Origin: Camelus ferus
Lineage: Eukaryota
Direction: 5' to 3'
Length of the DNA: 64,000 nt
Assembly: GCF_009834535.1 (NCBI RefSeq)
Contig: NC_045696.1
Coordinates: forward strand, 77,254,001-77,318,000
Under the pieces are notes generated by a model. That model was not told the origin of the DNA. It saw only the letters and a list, made by a program, of their open reading frames with translations, and made no database searches. Positions 13,126 to 26,419 of this stretch are shown here, in pieces. The position numbers were made by a program, and so were the translations under genes. Position 1 is the first letter of the stretch; each line of letters starts with the position of its first letter.

Positions 13126-14990
13126 GGTTGATATATGACATTTTCATGTGTAATATAACATTTCTAAGATACATAGAGTTTACAAATGGCCAGTGTGGGC
13201 TGTGGCTATCCTAACTTTGGTACTGTATATTTATAGCCCTCTGCCTCCATAACCCTACATTAGGAAAACAAGAAACAAAAAACAAAAAATAGCTATAGCT
13301 TTATACTATCCAATTCTGACTGTACTCTTCTACATTCAAGTCTAACTAGGAAAAATCTTTGGGGAATTTTTTTGTTCAAATGATATTTTCTGCTCTTGAA
13401 TGGAACTAAATGGAATGAGACAATGTCTTCAGTACTAACAAGGATCAATGAAAATGTAAAACATAGAAAACAAAAACAGAATCAAAGAGAACACATTTTA
13501 CCTCAGTGAATTCATTCCAATTTTGTGCCCGATTTCTCCTCTAGTATTTTTCCATAATAACATGCTGAGAATTGTGTCTTCATGTACCAATAGCTAGTGA
13601 AAACATTTGTTGCCTTAGTAGCTTAAGAAAAAAAAAACACTAGAAATTATCCTAAACTACACCTTCTAAAGAAACAACTTTTGGTGCCTTAGATATCATT
13701 TTGCTATCAAGAATGCCACAAAAACTCATAGATCTGAATCTTGAACAGATTTATTTGACAAGAGAATTAAGTTCAAAGTATAAAAGAAGACTTGCACATA
13801 GAATTAGTTTTTATTTTTAATAATATTTATGCATATTTATATAATAATTTGGTTATACTTTGCATTAGTTACTTTTCTAATATCATACATTTAGTCTTAA
13901 ACAATATTATCTAATCATGATGATATAAGGCAACTTTGCTTATCAAATCAAGCAAGGGTGGTAGTGTATTTCTCTCAAAATACAATAACAAATTGTTGCA
14001 CTATTTTTAAGAACATAAAATGCATTGTTAATATATGTAACTGTGTTCATATATATGTGAATTTTTTCCTCCATTAAAAATGTTAAAACTCCAACAAGAA
14101 TAAAAATATCATCCAAAATGATAGTATAATAAAATGAGATGTGGAAGAGAAATATTTAAAGGGAATTAAGTGAACATAAACAATAAAAGATGGCATATAA
14201 CTATCCCTATAAGATGTATGATCAAACTATTAAAATAAATTTTTGTACATTTTATGTTCACTCTGAAAATAGTAGCAGCTATTGCACATTGAACATTTAA
14301 GATAATTTTTCGAAAGATAGATGGACATATTGGAGAAAAAAAGCCTATATTCAAATTTAGTTACAGTCTACTGTATCACTTTTCCAAATGAAGTCAACAC
14401 AATTAATCTAACCTCATTATTATACAGGAGTAAGTCACCTCAAGATCAAAGAATGAAAGCTAATACAAATTATGATAAATATACTATAGCAATTTAAACA
14501 TTTAGTGACTTCAGTTCATTTTAGATGATCATAATTTATTATTTATGTTCATGTCCATAGGTGACCAGTTCTGTTTATGAAATGTAATTCTGTAGTGCTA
14601 TCAACTCTTCTACTTTGTTTCTATGTTTGGGGCATTAATAATTGTACAATGCTATGCCTCTGGGAAGATGATGATATTTTTATTTGGATGAATTCAGTAG
14701 CAGTATAGTTGCACAAAAACTAGACAAGTTGTTAATTATTTACTATCACCTTGTCAGTTTTTTTCTTTTTTTCTTATCTCAGCCTATTTTTCTTTTTCTT
14801 TTTAAAGCTTTGTTAAAATTAGCAGCTGGAAAAAAAAATTCCATTAGGTTTTTTAAAGCACACAACTTTATGAAAGATTTTTCCTGTTCATTGAATTGCA
14901 CACCTATGATATGTATATACACTGAGTTGCACACTTTTCTGTATGTACATTTCACTTAATAAAAGATGAACACAAATGCACCTGTCATAC

Positions 14991-15460
14991 TATGATTTAT
15001 TATTAAAAGATATACATATTTAAGCTTACCACTGTTCCTGGCATAGAGCTCCTAAAACCCTTGGACTTTCCAAAGTGATAATAAATAAAGGTGTCATTTG
15101 TTATGTTAATGAAGTGGCTTTTGGACTAGCCTAAGAATGGGGGCTGATGGCCCAGAGACCTGACACTATGATCAGATGATAGAAACTTCAGTGTCTTTAC
15201 CCCCTGACCTCTAAGGAAGGAAGAGCAGCTGGAGGTTGGATCAGTCAACAATGGCCAATGATTTAATTTGTCATGCCTATGTAATAAAGACTCTGTAAAA
15301 ACCCAGAGGGACAGGGTTTAAAGAACTTCTGGATTAGTGAACATGTAGCGACTCGGGGAGAGAGAGGCCCTAGAGAGGGCACGGAAGCTCTGCGTCCCTT
15401 TCCCCATAACTTGTACTATGTGTCCCTTCCACCTGGTTGTTCCTGATGAGCTCTATCTTT
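14991..15460 (+). mobile_element. MER21-family (ERVL) LTR, 5' half
   Basis: gttcctggcatagagctcctaaaacccttgg, caatggccaatgatttaatttgtcatgcctatgtaat and ggaagctctgcgtcccttt; shares motifs with the copy at 44990. Confidence 0.75.
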
Positions 15461-15538
15461 AAAAAAAATATTTTTTTATTGAAGTGTAGTTGGTTTACAA
15501 TGTTAGTTTCAGGTGTGCAGCAAAATGATTCTGTTATT

Positions 15539-15542
<4 letters not shown>

Positions 15543-15568
<26 letters not shown>
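15543..15568. repeat. (TG)13 microsatellite within the L1 3' UTR
   Basis: Read directly from the sequence. Confidence 0.95.
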
Positions 15569-15575
<7 letters not shown>

Positions 15576-15971
15576 ATATGTGTATATAATTTTTAGATTC
15601 TTTTCCATTATATGTTATTACAAGAAATTGAATATTGTTCCCTGTGCTATACAGCAGCTCCTTGTTGTTTACCTGTTGTATATATAGTAATGTTTATCTG
15701 TTAATACCAAACTTCTAATTTATCCCTCCCCTACTTTTCCTCTTTGGTAACCATAGTTCGTTTTCTATGTCTGTTTTCTATGTCTGTCTAGTTTTGGTTT
15801 GTAAGTAAAATTGGTATCTCCTTTGTTTAGATTTCACATACAAGTGATATCATATGATATTTGTCTTTCTCTGTCTGACTCTCTTCACTTAATATGATAT
15901 TCTCTAGGTCTATTCATGTTGTTGCAAATGGCATTATTTTATTCTTTTTTTGTGGCTGAGTAGTATTCCAT

Positions 15972-16043
15972 CATGTATATGTGTGTATATATATACACAT
16001 ATATATGTGTGTGTGTGTGTGTGTGTGTATTTATATATATATA
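15972..16043. repeat. Compound (TA)n/(CA)n/(TG)11 microsatellite
   Basis: Read directly from the sequence; (TG)11 at 16006-16027. Confidence 0.9.
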
Positions 16044-16044
16044 A

Positions 16045-16109
16045 ATTGACGGATGGATGGATAAAGAAGTGAGATAAAATCTCACTTCTTTATCCATCCA
16101 TCCGTCAAT
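16045..16109. repeat. Perfect inverted repeat with 31-bp arms and a 3-nt loop
   Basis: attgacggatggatggataaagaagtgagat-aaa-atctcacttctttatccatccatccgtcaat; the arms are exact reverse complements. Confidence 0.98.
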
Positions 16110-17060
16110 GGACGCTTAGGTGGTTTCCATGTCTTGGCTATCGTATAGTGCTGCTATTAACATTTGGGTGTGTGTGTCTTTTCAAATTATAGTTTTTTCT
16201 TGGTATCTGCCCAGGATTGGGATTGCTGGATCATGTGATAACTCTTATTTTCACTTTTTTAAGGAAACTTCATACTACCCTCCATAGTGGCTGCACCAAT
16301 TTACTTTCCCACCAAAAGTATAGGAGGGTTCCTTTTCCTCCACACTCTCTCTAGCGTTTATTATATGTAGACTTTTTAATGATGGCCATTCTGACTAATG
16401 TGGAGTGATACCTCATTGTACTTTTGATTTGCATTTCTATGATAATTAGCAATATTGGGCATATTTTCATGTGCCTGTTGGTCATCTGCATGTCCTCTTT
16501 AGAAAAATGTCTATTTAGATCTTCTGTCCATTTTTAGATTTTATTTTTTTAAGTTGTGTGAGCTGTTTGTATATTTTGGAAATTAAATCCTTGTCAGTTG
16601 TGTTATTTGCAAATATTTTCTCCCATTCTGTATGTTGTCTTCATTTGTTTATGGTTTCCTTTGCTGTGCAAAGATTTTTAAGTTTAATTAGGCCCCATTT
16701 GTTTATTTTTACTTTTATTTACATTACTCTAGGAGCTGGTTCAAAAAAAAATTGCTACAATTTATATTAGTATTCTGTCTGTGTTTTCCTCTAGGAGTTT
16801 TATAGCATATGGTCTTCCATTTAGGAAGACCATATCCATTTTGAGTTTATTTTTGAATATGATGTTAGAGAATGTTCTAATTTCATTCTTTGACATGTTG
16901 CAGTCCAGTTTTCCCAGCACCACTTATTGAAGAGACTGTCTTATCTCCATTGTATATTCTTGCCTCCTTTGTCATAGAGTAATAGACCATAAGTGCATTG
17001 ATTTATTTCTGGGCTTTCTATTCTATTCCATTGATCTGTATGTCTGTTTTTGTGCCAGTA

Positions 17061-17637
17061 TCAGACTGTTTTGATTACTGTAGCTTTGTAGTATAGTCTG
17101 AAGACAGGGAGCATGATTCCTCTAGCTCTGTTCTTTTTTCTCAAGATTATTTTGGCTATTTGGGGTCTTTTGTGTTTCCATACAAATTTTAAAATATCTT
17201 GGTCCAGTTCTGTGAAAAATGTCATTGGTAATTTGATAGGATTTGCACTGAGTCTGTATATTGCCCTGGGTAGTGTGGCCATTTTAACAATATTGATTCT
17301 TCCAATCCAAGAACATGGTATATCCTTCCACCTGTTTGCGTTGTCTTCAGTTTCTTTCATTAGTGTCTTACAGTTTTCTGAGTACAAGTTTTTTTGCCTC
17401 CTTAGGTAGGTTTATTCCTAGATATTTTATTATTTTTGGTGCGACGGTAAATGAGGTTATTTCCTTAATTTCTTTTTCTGATATTTCATTGTTAATGTAT
17501 AGAAATGGAACAGATTTCTGTATATTACTTTTGTATCCTGAAACTTTACCAGATTCATTGATGGGCTCTAGTAGGTTTCTGGTGACAGCATTAAGATTTT
17601 CTTTGTACAATGTCATGTCATCTGCAAACAGTGACAA
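17061..17637 (-). pseudogene. L1 ORF2 reverse-transcriptase remnant, frameshifted
   Basis: Two overlapping ORFs (17368-17637 containing the FADD RT motif; 17061-17387) separated by a frameshift at the T7 run 17389-17395. Confidence 0.93.
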
Positions 17638-18839
17638 TTTAGTTTTTTAAATAAACATTTTTAGAATCAATGGAAACAGGAAAGATATGTTCATTTTTTA
17701 AAAAGTTCACTGAGCATAAAATATGGCAATGTGTTCCTAATGTGTCTAAAATAATCATGGCAAAATAGTGATTTTCTACTAAACTATCAATAAATTTTTG
17801 TATTTGATCTTTGCATGGCTTTCTATTGTTACCACACCACTTGAAACCTATACAGATTGGCTAATATTCTTTTGCAAACATATTACACTTTAATGGAATT
17901 TAATGGTTTAATTATACTGGATATATAATATTTTCAACTTATTAAATTATATTACTCTTATGAAATAATCTACAGGATATAAGAGAATGATAAAATTTGA
18001 AGAGACAAGCTTGAATTTGATCACTTTTTTAATGCCTAGAAAGGAAGACTTTTATTCTTTTAGAATATACCCAGAAGGCCAATTTTCAAAATAGTTTTAT
18101 TGTACTTTCCTAGAGATGAAGACATTTCACATTAATCTATATTCTAAAACATGGTGGTGTCTTGAATGCTAAAGAAATATTCAGTTTAGTGTGAGGCTGA
18201 AACTTCAGTTGTACTAGAAGACTTTGCGTTTTAAATATGAAAATTAATTCATAAATCTTTTTATATTTATAGTAGCACTACCAGAGCTTATCAAAATCAG
18301 GCCATTCTACACAACTATGAATGAGTTTTGAAATATGACCTAATATTCATCACACTAGAGATAGATACAAATGCAGAGACCAACTTCATCTTTTTATTGT
18401 TAGAGATGTGCTTTTTAATAACTTTTTCTTATAGATTTTTGTCTTTTTATCTCCTAACCACTCTAACTGAAGGATTGTGTCATCAATTTTAGTATATTCT
18501 ATTATTCATGTAAAAACATAGCAAGTTCAATATGCAGAGTAGAAACTACCCAGGAAAATTTAATGTTACTCATATTCTCCTCTATGACGTACACATATTG
18601 AGTTTTATATTTTGATTGTGATCTGAATGCAAAGCATTGTTTATTATACATAACAGATAAAAACTGTAAAATAAAAATAATTGAGATGAAAAGAGAATAT
18701 AATTTTTTTGAAACTATTAATGTAGTCCATAAAATCCCTAAAGTAGCAAATGCATTGATTTTAAAAATCAGCTAGATTATCCTATAAATTTTCATGTTAA
18801 AATGCAAAGGTATATTGTGATAAGTCGGAAAATAAATCA

Positions 18840-19020
18840 TGACATTTTCATACTGAAAGGGAAATTTTAGATGTTCTAATTTCCCTTCTCCATTTTATAG
18901 CTGAAAATAATAGGAGCTCACCAAGATCAAACCACTTGACCAAAGTCCCACAAATTGTAGTGAGCTTATCAGATCCGAGATGTTGTGCTGAAAGTTACGT
19001 TTCCTTAGACTCAATGTTTA
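18840..19020 (-). mobile_element. MIR/MIR3 SINE
   Basis: ctccattttatagctgaaaataatagg...acttgaccaaagtcccaca. Confidence 0.55.
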
Positions 19021-19124
19021 CTTCTTGTTATAATCTGTTTGAGGCCAGTCAGAATTTTATAGCTCTCACTCATTTATATTAATTATAGTGATAGCATGTT
19101 ATTCACTCCTTTATTTTGTTAAAT

Positions 19125-19680
19125 TTTATTGTATACCTGTTATTTGCCAGGTGCTCTACCAGGCCTTAAAACACAGTAGAGAAAAGAGCAGTCAAGTTCC
19201 CTGCTCTTATGAGATGAATGATAAAATGGTAAACAACAGAAGTAATTTCCAAATTATAATTGCTACAAAGAAAATAAGAGATGGCCACATGCTGGAGAGT
19301 GACTAGAGTGTGGTCAGGTGTGGGCTTTGAGCTAAGATATGAACAATGAGAGTGAGCTTACACTAAAAAGATGTTGTGCTCTAGGGTTTCAAGTAGAGAG
19401 AATTAAAAAGTCCAGAAGCTCTAGAAAAATAAGCCTGGGTGTTTGAGGGACAAATGAATACGTGAGCATGGGAAGGTGGGATGAGAAGGTATCATCATGA
19501 TGGTCATTGGGGGCCCCAGCTTATAGAAAGCTCTCTAGAGATAGTAAGGTGGCTGAATTTAAATTCAAACCCAAAGGAGAGCCATTGGAAAATTAAAAGT
19601 AGGAAACTGATATGCTCTGATTTCCACTTTGAGAGATTGATTTGCTTGCTTGTAGATAATAATTGCAAGAAGATAAGTGT
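19125..19680 (-). mobile_element. L2 LINE, 3' part (continues at 23060)
   Basis: tgccaggtgctctaccaggcc...agtcaagttccctgctcttatgag...ggagagccattggaaaatt...tgctctgatttccactttgag. Confidence 0.7.
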
Positions 19681-19699
19681 TCTAATATTGTGGTTTGTG

Positions 19700-22600
19700 T
19701 CAAACTAATCCTCCTGCCAGGAACAATTTTAAAAATGTGATAAAACACTAAACAACAACTACTACTGCAATAATGACCACTTGAAAGCATCACAGAGCCA
19801 CTAAAGCCACCAGGACTGCATTGGACATGATCCCAGATAAAAGAGAAAAGCACTGAGATAAATCAGTGTTTCTCCCTATATTTATTTTTAGGGTGTTTTC
19901 TGATTCCCAGTCCAGGAGAATACAGGCCAAGTAGGAGAGGGGGACTTACGATGCCCAGAACAAATGCCAAGATTTAAACAGTCTAGATAATCATTTTGGT
20001 GGTGGTAACATTAGTAATGCATGAGCCTGTGTGTGGGAGAATGCACAAACACACAGAATAAGAAATAGTAATAAAATATCATCATCAGAACAGAGAAACT
20101 TGCAAAAAATCATGAGACTTTGTTAAATTCAATGTCAATAAACTTGAAAATGTAGATGAAATGGGAAGCTTTAGGAAAATGTAATTTACTAATGGAGAGA
20201 GAAAGAAATTTTTAAAAGACAGTTTCTATATTTAAAAAATGTATAGAAATGTATAGAGGATCTGTGCATAAAATGCACCAGGCTCAGATGAGCTCACATG
20301 ATAATACAAAACTTAAAGATCAGAAAATTCCAATTTTTAAATTCCAGTTGTTAATTAAACTTTCCAAAATATCAAAAATAAAGAAAACTTCTAAATTAAT
20401 TTAACAAAACATAGGTAAAATTAACAGGACTCAGAGAGACTGCACATAGGAACAAAAGGAAAGTACTACCTCACTAGTGAATATAACAAATTTAAATAAT
20501 ATGTTAGCAAAATCCAACTGCAATTTAAAAATAATATATCACGTGCAGAATGAGTTGAGACAGAAATTCGAGGGTGATTAAATATTGGAAAATCCTTTAC
20601 CATGTCAATCATATGGTAATCACATATAGGGGCCTGTGACAATATTGAATACTCATACTTTATTGTGAAATGGCTCATTAATGTAGTAACTGATGGATAT
20701 TTATTTAAGGTGATTTACTATTAATTAATATATCATCCCAAAGCCAGTGTTTTAATGGGAAAACTCAAGAGGCTCCATAATAACATCACAAATATAACTA
20801 GGATAATTGTTATAGAATGACTGATAAGTAGCATTGATTTTGAGACATCCGACAGTGCAATTAGGTCACCAAAAGTAATTCAAGATGTATTGGAAAAGAA
20901 AATGACAAAACTATAATTGCAAAGGGTTAGATTGTGTAATTGGAAAACACAAGAGTATCAATAAAAAACTGAAAGATAAATTTTAGGCAAATAACATATA
21001 TTTAACACTGATAAATCAATAGTTTTCATGTATAGAAATAAAACCAGTTAGAATGTATAACAAATGAGAATACTCCACTTATATTAGCAAAAATAAACAT
21101 AAAATACCTAGATATACCTAGAAAGAGTTGTGGGAAAAAAATCTATGAGAAGATAGTTATGAGAAACACTATAACACAGTCCTGAAGAACACAGCGATAT
21201 CCTTGAAGTAATGAAAAAAATACTATGTTCCTAGTTAAGAGAGTACAGCATCATAAAGTGTCAACTGTCCTTAAGAATTTATGAGTTTAACATGAGCCCG
21301 ATACAAATACGATAAAATTTTTTTTCCTGAAGTTAGTTCAATTGATTATAAAATTCATAAAAGAAAAAAAAAGTATCTTGGAAAAACCTGAAAAATAAGA
21401 GCAATATTTAGGTAGATGTTATAGTATATTATACAGATATACTAGATGTTATAGTGTATTATACAGACTTTGTATTAAAACAAAGTAGTGCTGACAAGTG
21501 ACTATACTGAAAATTAATGAAAAAGAATACTAAATCCAGGCATAAACTAAAGTACATGTAAACAGCATTGTATCTGATAAAGGCAGCATTCCAAATTAGT
21601 GGAGGAAGACAGAATTTTGAATAAATGGTTTTGAACAACAGGTTAGCCATATAGAAAAAGTAAAAAATTAAATTGAATTCATTCTTCACACCATACACCA
21701 GAATAAATTAAAAATGGGTAATTTATATGTAAACAACATGAAATATAAATAATATACACAGGTTCAAGAACAAACACTTGGTGGATCACTATAATCTGGG
21801 AAGAGGATAAATGATTCAAACTCCTGAATCCATAAAACAAAGTTTGACCAATTATACCTCTAAATGACAAAAATGTACAAATGTATACAAACTCAGGAAT
21901 AATTATTTACAATTTATGTCCCAAAGAATATTTTAATATTAAAATATTTCTCCAAAATTAAGAAAATAGAAACGAACCAATAAAGGAATGGGCAGATACA
22001 GATTCGAGTGACTCATAAGCATATTGAAAGATGTTCAGCTTTACTTAAAATACTTAACATACAAATTAAAATGATAATCCTGAGATATTATTTTTTATTT
22101 ATCAGATAGTCAAAAATCCAAAAGATTGACAACATATTTTCTTGGTAAAGATGGAATGAAATAGGCATTCTCATACTTTGCTGGTGAAAATGCAGGGTGG
22201 TATAATCTCTTTAGAGATAAATTTAACAATCTAACCAATTTGCCTGTGCATTTACCATTAGGTGTAGGAAGATACATTGAGAAAAACAGAACATTAGGTG
22301 TTACTTTGACAGGGAGCTGTAAAGGAAGGAAGGTATGAACCCACCTGATGAATTGATCCATCTTCTCATACAGTGGGATAAGCAACATGATAAACTTCAT
22401 GACGTGATGTAATAGGAAGTAGTAAGGCCACACCTTTTAAGGATTTTTGCCTAAGAAATGGAGCCTGAGTATCATCCAGCTCCTTGATTTAACAAACAGC
22501 TTTCAGGACATAGTAGACACATTGGAGAATCAGTCAGTCAATATAGATGTTGAACATTCTGGAAGAGAAATATCCTGGTTTATCAAATGAAACAATTAAC

Positions 22601-23050
22601 AGAAGGTAGGAAATAGCTGTAGAATAAAAGAGATGTAGGAGATATAACAATGACATGAACTGTGCAGAATTTGTTTGTATCCTGACCAAGAAATCAAAAA
22701 AAGCAACTATAAAAAGACATTTTAGTATAGCTAAGAAATGTTACTATGAACTGGATATTGGGTTATATTTAGGAACTATTGTTACTATTAATGTAATAAT
22801 GGCATGATGATTATGTGAAAAGTTACTTGTGTGTTTTATACCCATACTGAAGTATTTATTAGTGAAATAAGAGGAAGTCTGTAATTTGCTTTTGAATGAT
22901 TTGTTTAAAAAAAAAAGACAGGAAAGGGAAAATAGAGATTAGGTAAATATGGAGATATTTTGATAACTATTGAATGTGGATGATGGGTATGAAATAATTT
23001 ATTGTATCAGACACTGTTCTTGTGTGGTTTTGGAAAATTGCACAATAATT
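19700..23050 (+). mobile_element. Ancient L1 (L1MC/L1ME-type): degenerate 5' region, ORF2 and 3' UTR
   Basis: caataaacttgaaaatgtagatgaaatgg, aaaatacctaga, ggcattctcatactttgctggtg and 3' end ggatgatgggtatgaa...ttggaaaattgcacaataa. Confidence 0.8.
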
Positions 23051-23059
23051 TAAACATAC

Positions 23060-23620
23060 TAAATCCAAACTATGGTGGGAATAGGATCATTGCACTGCTT
23101 TACATGATTTGGATTAGGAGGGTAGAAATAGATGGAGAAAAGTGGGTGAATAAGGGATATGATTTGGAAAGTCTAACAAGATAGGCTAATGAATTAAATG
23201 AAGGTCTTAAGGAAAAGAAAGGAATTAGATATTCCTCATAAATCTAAGGAAAGTTGACGTGGAAAATACTTCTCTATTCAAGGATACGAATGTGGAATCC
23301 ACAGTGTGAAGATAGATTGTACATTCACAGTATGTATAAAATTATTGGGAGAAAATATTGAGAAAAGAAAAGAGTTAAAATGGCCTAGGACACATCAATT
23401 TTAGAGGTTTCTTGAAAGAGAAAGAGTAAGGAGACTGAGAAGGTGAGGCCAATGACATTAGATTCCCCCAAGAGACAAGAAGTGGAGTGTAGTCAACAGG
23501 TTTGTAGATCGCTAAGATGTCAAGTAAATGTGGCCAGAAAAATGAAATTTTAGCAGCATTTTTTAATGTCCTCATGAGTGACAGTTTCACCACAGTGTGG
23601 CTGTAAGCTTGATTATACCC
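23060..23620 (-). mobile_element. L2 LINE, continuation
   Basis: gatggagaaaagtgggtgaataagggatatgatttggaaag; tcctaggacac-like and gatgtcaagtaaatg L2 motifs. Confidence 0.6.
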
Positions 23621-26205
23621 CTTGAAAAAGTAAGGCAGTGTGACAGTAGCCCGATGTGTATTCAGAGAGATGTGTATTCCCTGATGGATCATTGAAGACA
23701 TCTGTAAGATGCTGTCACTTCTATATCCTCTAGTGGTTAAGATACTATTTTTCATGAGATTTAGAGTTCCTGAAACTAGTTTTACCCTTGATCCTGATTC
23801 GAAAAGTCCTGAAATTCTTGCATATTGGACAAGGTATCCGGTCCTGGAAATAAGGCCAAGGATCTTTCTAGACTGATACGAAGTTTTAACAAATTAGGAG
23901 GGAAGGAACTGGAGCCTATTCATCATTCTCATTGGAAGTTACATCTTATTTTTTGATATTAAGAGCAGATTTAAAAATAGAATAAACTGAAGGAATACCT
24001 CAGGAGTGATCCTTACCATTTAGTTTTTTTTTTTAATATATAGAGATAATTCATCCTTTTGATTTATTTTTTCTTCTTCCTGTGCCACATCTTCTCTTGA
24101 ATGTCTTAACTTTTGAACTGGCATGTTGCAATCTAAATTGAGAACTTGCCTGAATATATTTGGTCATATTTTCAGTGGCTGCTGATAGTTTATTAATTCT
24201 GATAATGCAACAGTCTCTTTTGTGATTTTATTAGTACTCTGATCCACTGTGAATTGGGGGTACTTGTTGTGTAAAATGTTATTACATAAAACAAAATTGA
24301 CCTTAATTATTTAATATCATCAAATACCAAGCCAATCTTCAAACTTCTGTATCTAAAAGCATTGGATAGATATATTAATGATTTGAAAGTAGGTAGCAAA
24401 CATTGTGAACCATTACAAAAAAAAAAAAAAAGGAAAACAGGAACTTTCTCTCCATAACTGTAGTACCATTATCACAAATGAGAAAAATAATAATAATTCC
24501 ATAATAACTAATACATTATTCATTTCCAAATTTTCTCATTTTGCCTAAGAATGTAAGAATATATTTTATGGTTTTCATTTCTTTGACTGGGAAGTGACAT
24601 GTATTTCTGTTGCATTCTATTTTCAAAAGGATGAATGGAAAATAGACACTAGGGGACAATCCACAGTCTTTATCCCTGGGGTAAGTAGAGAAAAAATCGT
24701 ATGCTTTGTTGACAGAAAATCAATCTTCTGGTATTCCAGACTCATAATGAATTGGACTTATTCACTTCACCCTCTGAATAGTGAAAATAGGGACTTAGAA
24801 TTACTGAAAATAAAGGACAAAGATGTATGTCGACATGTGCAGGATTGTAAAAGTCTTATTAATGAAATGTGTTTTGTTGAATTTCTGAATTGGATCATGC
24901 CCATTTACTTTGACCTAAGAATTCTGCTATCACAAAGTGTCAGATCACTGGAACGGAACCAAATCTGGTAAGAATGGTACTCTCTCAGTCATCCTGCATT
25001 TGGTCACTTAAAACAGGTGACAACCAGCTTAGCCAGAACTACCTTCACTCTATTCCCACCTTAGTGCTTTTGCACTGAAGGGCACCTGTGATCAGCGGTA
25101 GCCTGGCTCATAATAAGCCAGTGGGAAATAGGACTCTTCCACAGTATGGCTTCCTGCTTTTTACCCTTTCACATGTCTGCATCCTTCACTAGTACCTCCC
25201 TTTGTGTCTACCCATCTTTTATCATTCCTCACCATTATCTCATTTTAATTAGTATTTATCACCCAGTGAGAGGAAAATTGTTTTGCAACTAGCTCATCTT
25301 GAAATTTGGGCTCATTTATCATCCTACAATATCCCTATATTTTTGTGTGACTACAAATCAGCTCCTTCTATTCATAGTGCAGATACTTTTTTCCCTAAAG
25401 TCATCTGTCTTGTGATTCCCTGAATCCCTACTTATATAAAAAATAAAAAATAAGCATACTTATATCTACACACATATATTTGATGTAATGTAGAAAATTC
25501 CTTATGTGTCTATAGGCTATCTCATTACTTGGGTGCTGTTTTGAAATTTTTATTAAAAACTTAGGAAAATTAGATTTCCTCTTAAAAGTTAAATTAGGAA
25601 CTCAAGACATAGTAGACTAGAGCTTAGATAATTGAATTCATTTGGAAGAAATGCACTAGCTCCTAAGCCCTTGTGGCTTGAATGTGTCCTAAATGAATAC
25701 ATGACAAAATCTACAGAAATGTGTGTTAACACAAAGATTTGCACGTAATCTAAGGATGCAAAGAATGAAGAGAGAATTATAAAGCAATTGTTGCCAAAGC
25801 CCAAATAAACCCTTCCCAGAGAGAGGAAAGAATTAGCAAATATTCTTTGTATATTTTCAGTCCCATTAGCAAAACTATCATAAATGTAAGCTGCCTGCAT
25901 CTGACAAGGTTAGGCTTGTAACACGAAAACTCAATTTATCTAATGCTGTTTTCCTGATTTCATATTTATCCCAAACTTGCAGATGCTGATTGGCTTTCCA
26001 TACATCTTGCTATGACAGGTATTTGCATACATGTGATATTTATGCTTCTCACTGACTGATGATGACATTCTGATACCCTTTATGTAACAATAGGCACTTT
26101 GCACCTAACAAGAATGACTTTCTGGACCTTTAAGGTGGAGAGCAGATTTGGAACATGGCAGACCACTGCAGGTCAGCCTGGTTCTGCCCACCTGCAATAG
26201 TGCTC

Positions 26206-26419
26206 CAGTGTGTTTCACAAATTAGAGTGCTCACCGTAATCACCTGAGGGACTTTGAGAAAATAATTTAGGAAAATCAGAGATTAGTACCTCACCCAAGA
26301 CTTACAAAGCAGAGTATTTGTTGGTAGAACCCAAGAATCTCTAATCTATAAAATCTCCATAAGTCATTTTGATGTAGTTAATCTAACAATAGGTCAGTGA
26401 CACTTTCGTAAAATCATTG
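26206..26419. mobile_element. hAT-Charlie MITE, MER5-like
   Basis: cagtgtgtttcacaaa...aatcacctgaggg...cccaagaatctc...aaaatcattg, with degenerate terminal inverted repeats. Confidence 0.6.

Larger units (their letters stand above)
15470..17642 (-). mobile_element. 5'-truncated L1 (3' part of ORF2 plus 3' UTR), intermediate age
   Basis: ORF2 peptides SLFADDM...KYLGINL and [19 protein letters not shown]...YYKATVIKT on the minus strand; continuous antisense L1 through the 3' UTR to a T-rich tail. Confidence 0.96.

Noticed and set aside
11723..13592. Minus-strand pseudo-exon candidates near 11723-11779 and 13501-13592
   Set aside because: Splice-like signals only; such units are common in AT-rich DNA and the peptides are unrecognised.
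17113..17650. Plus-strand hydrophobic ORFs (also the minus-strand ORF 56363-56644)
   Set aside because: Antisense shadows of L1 sequence.
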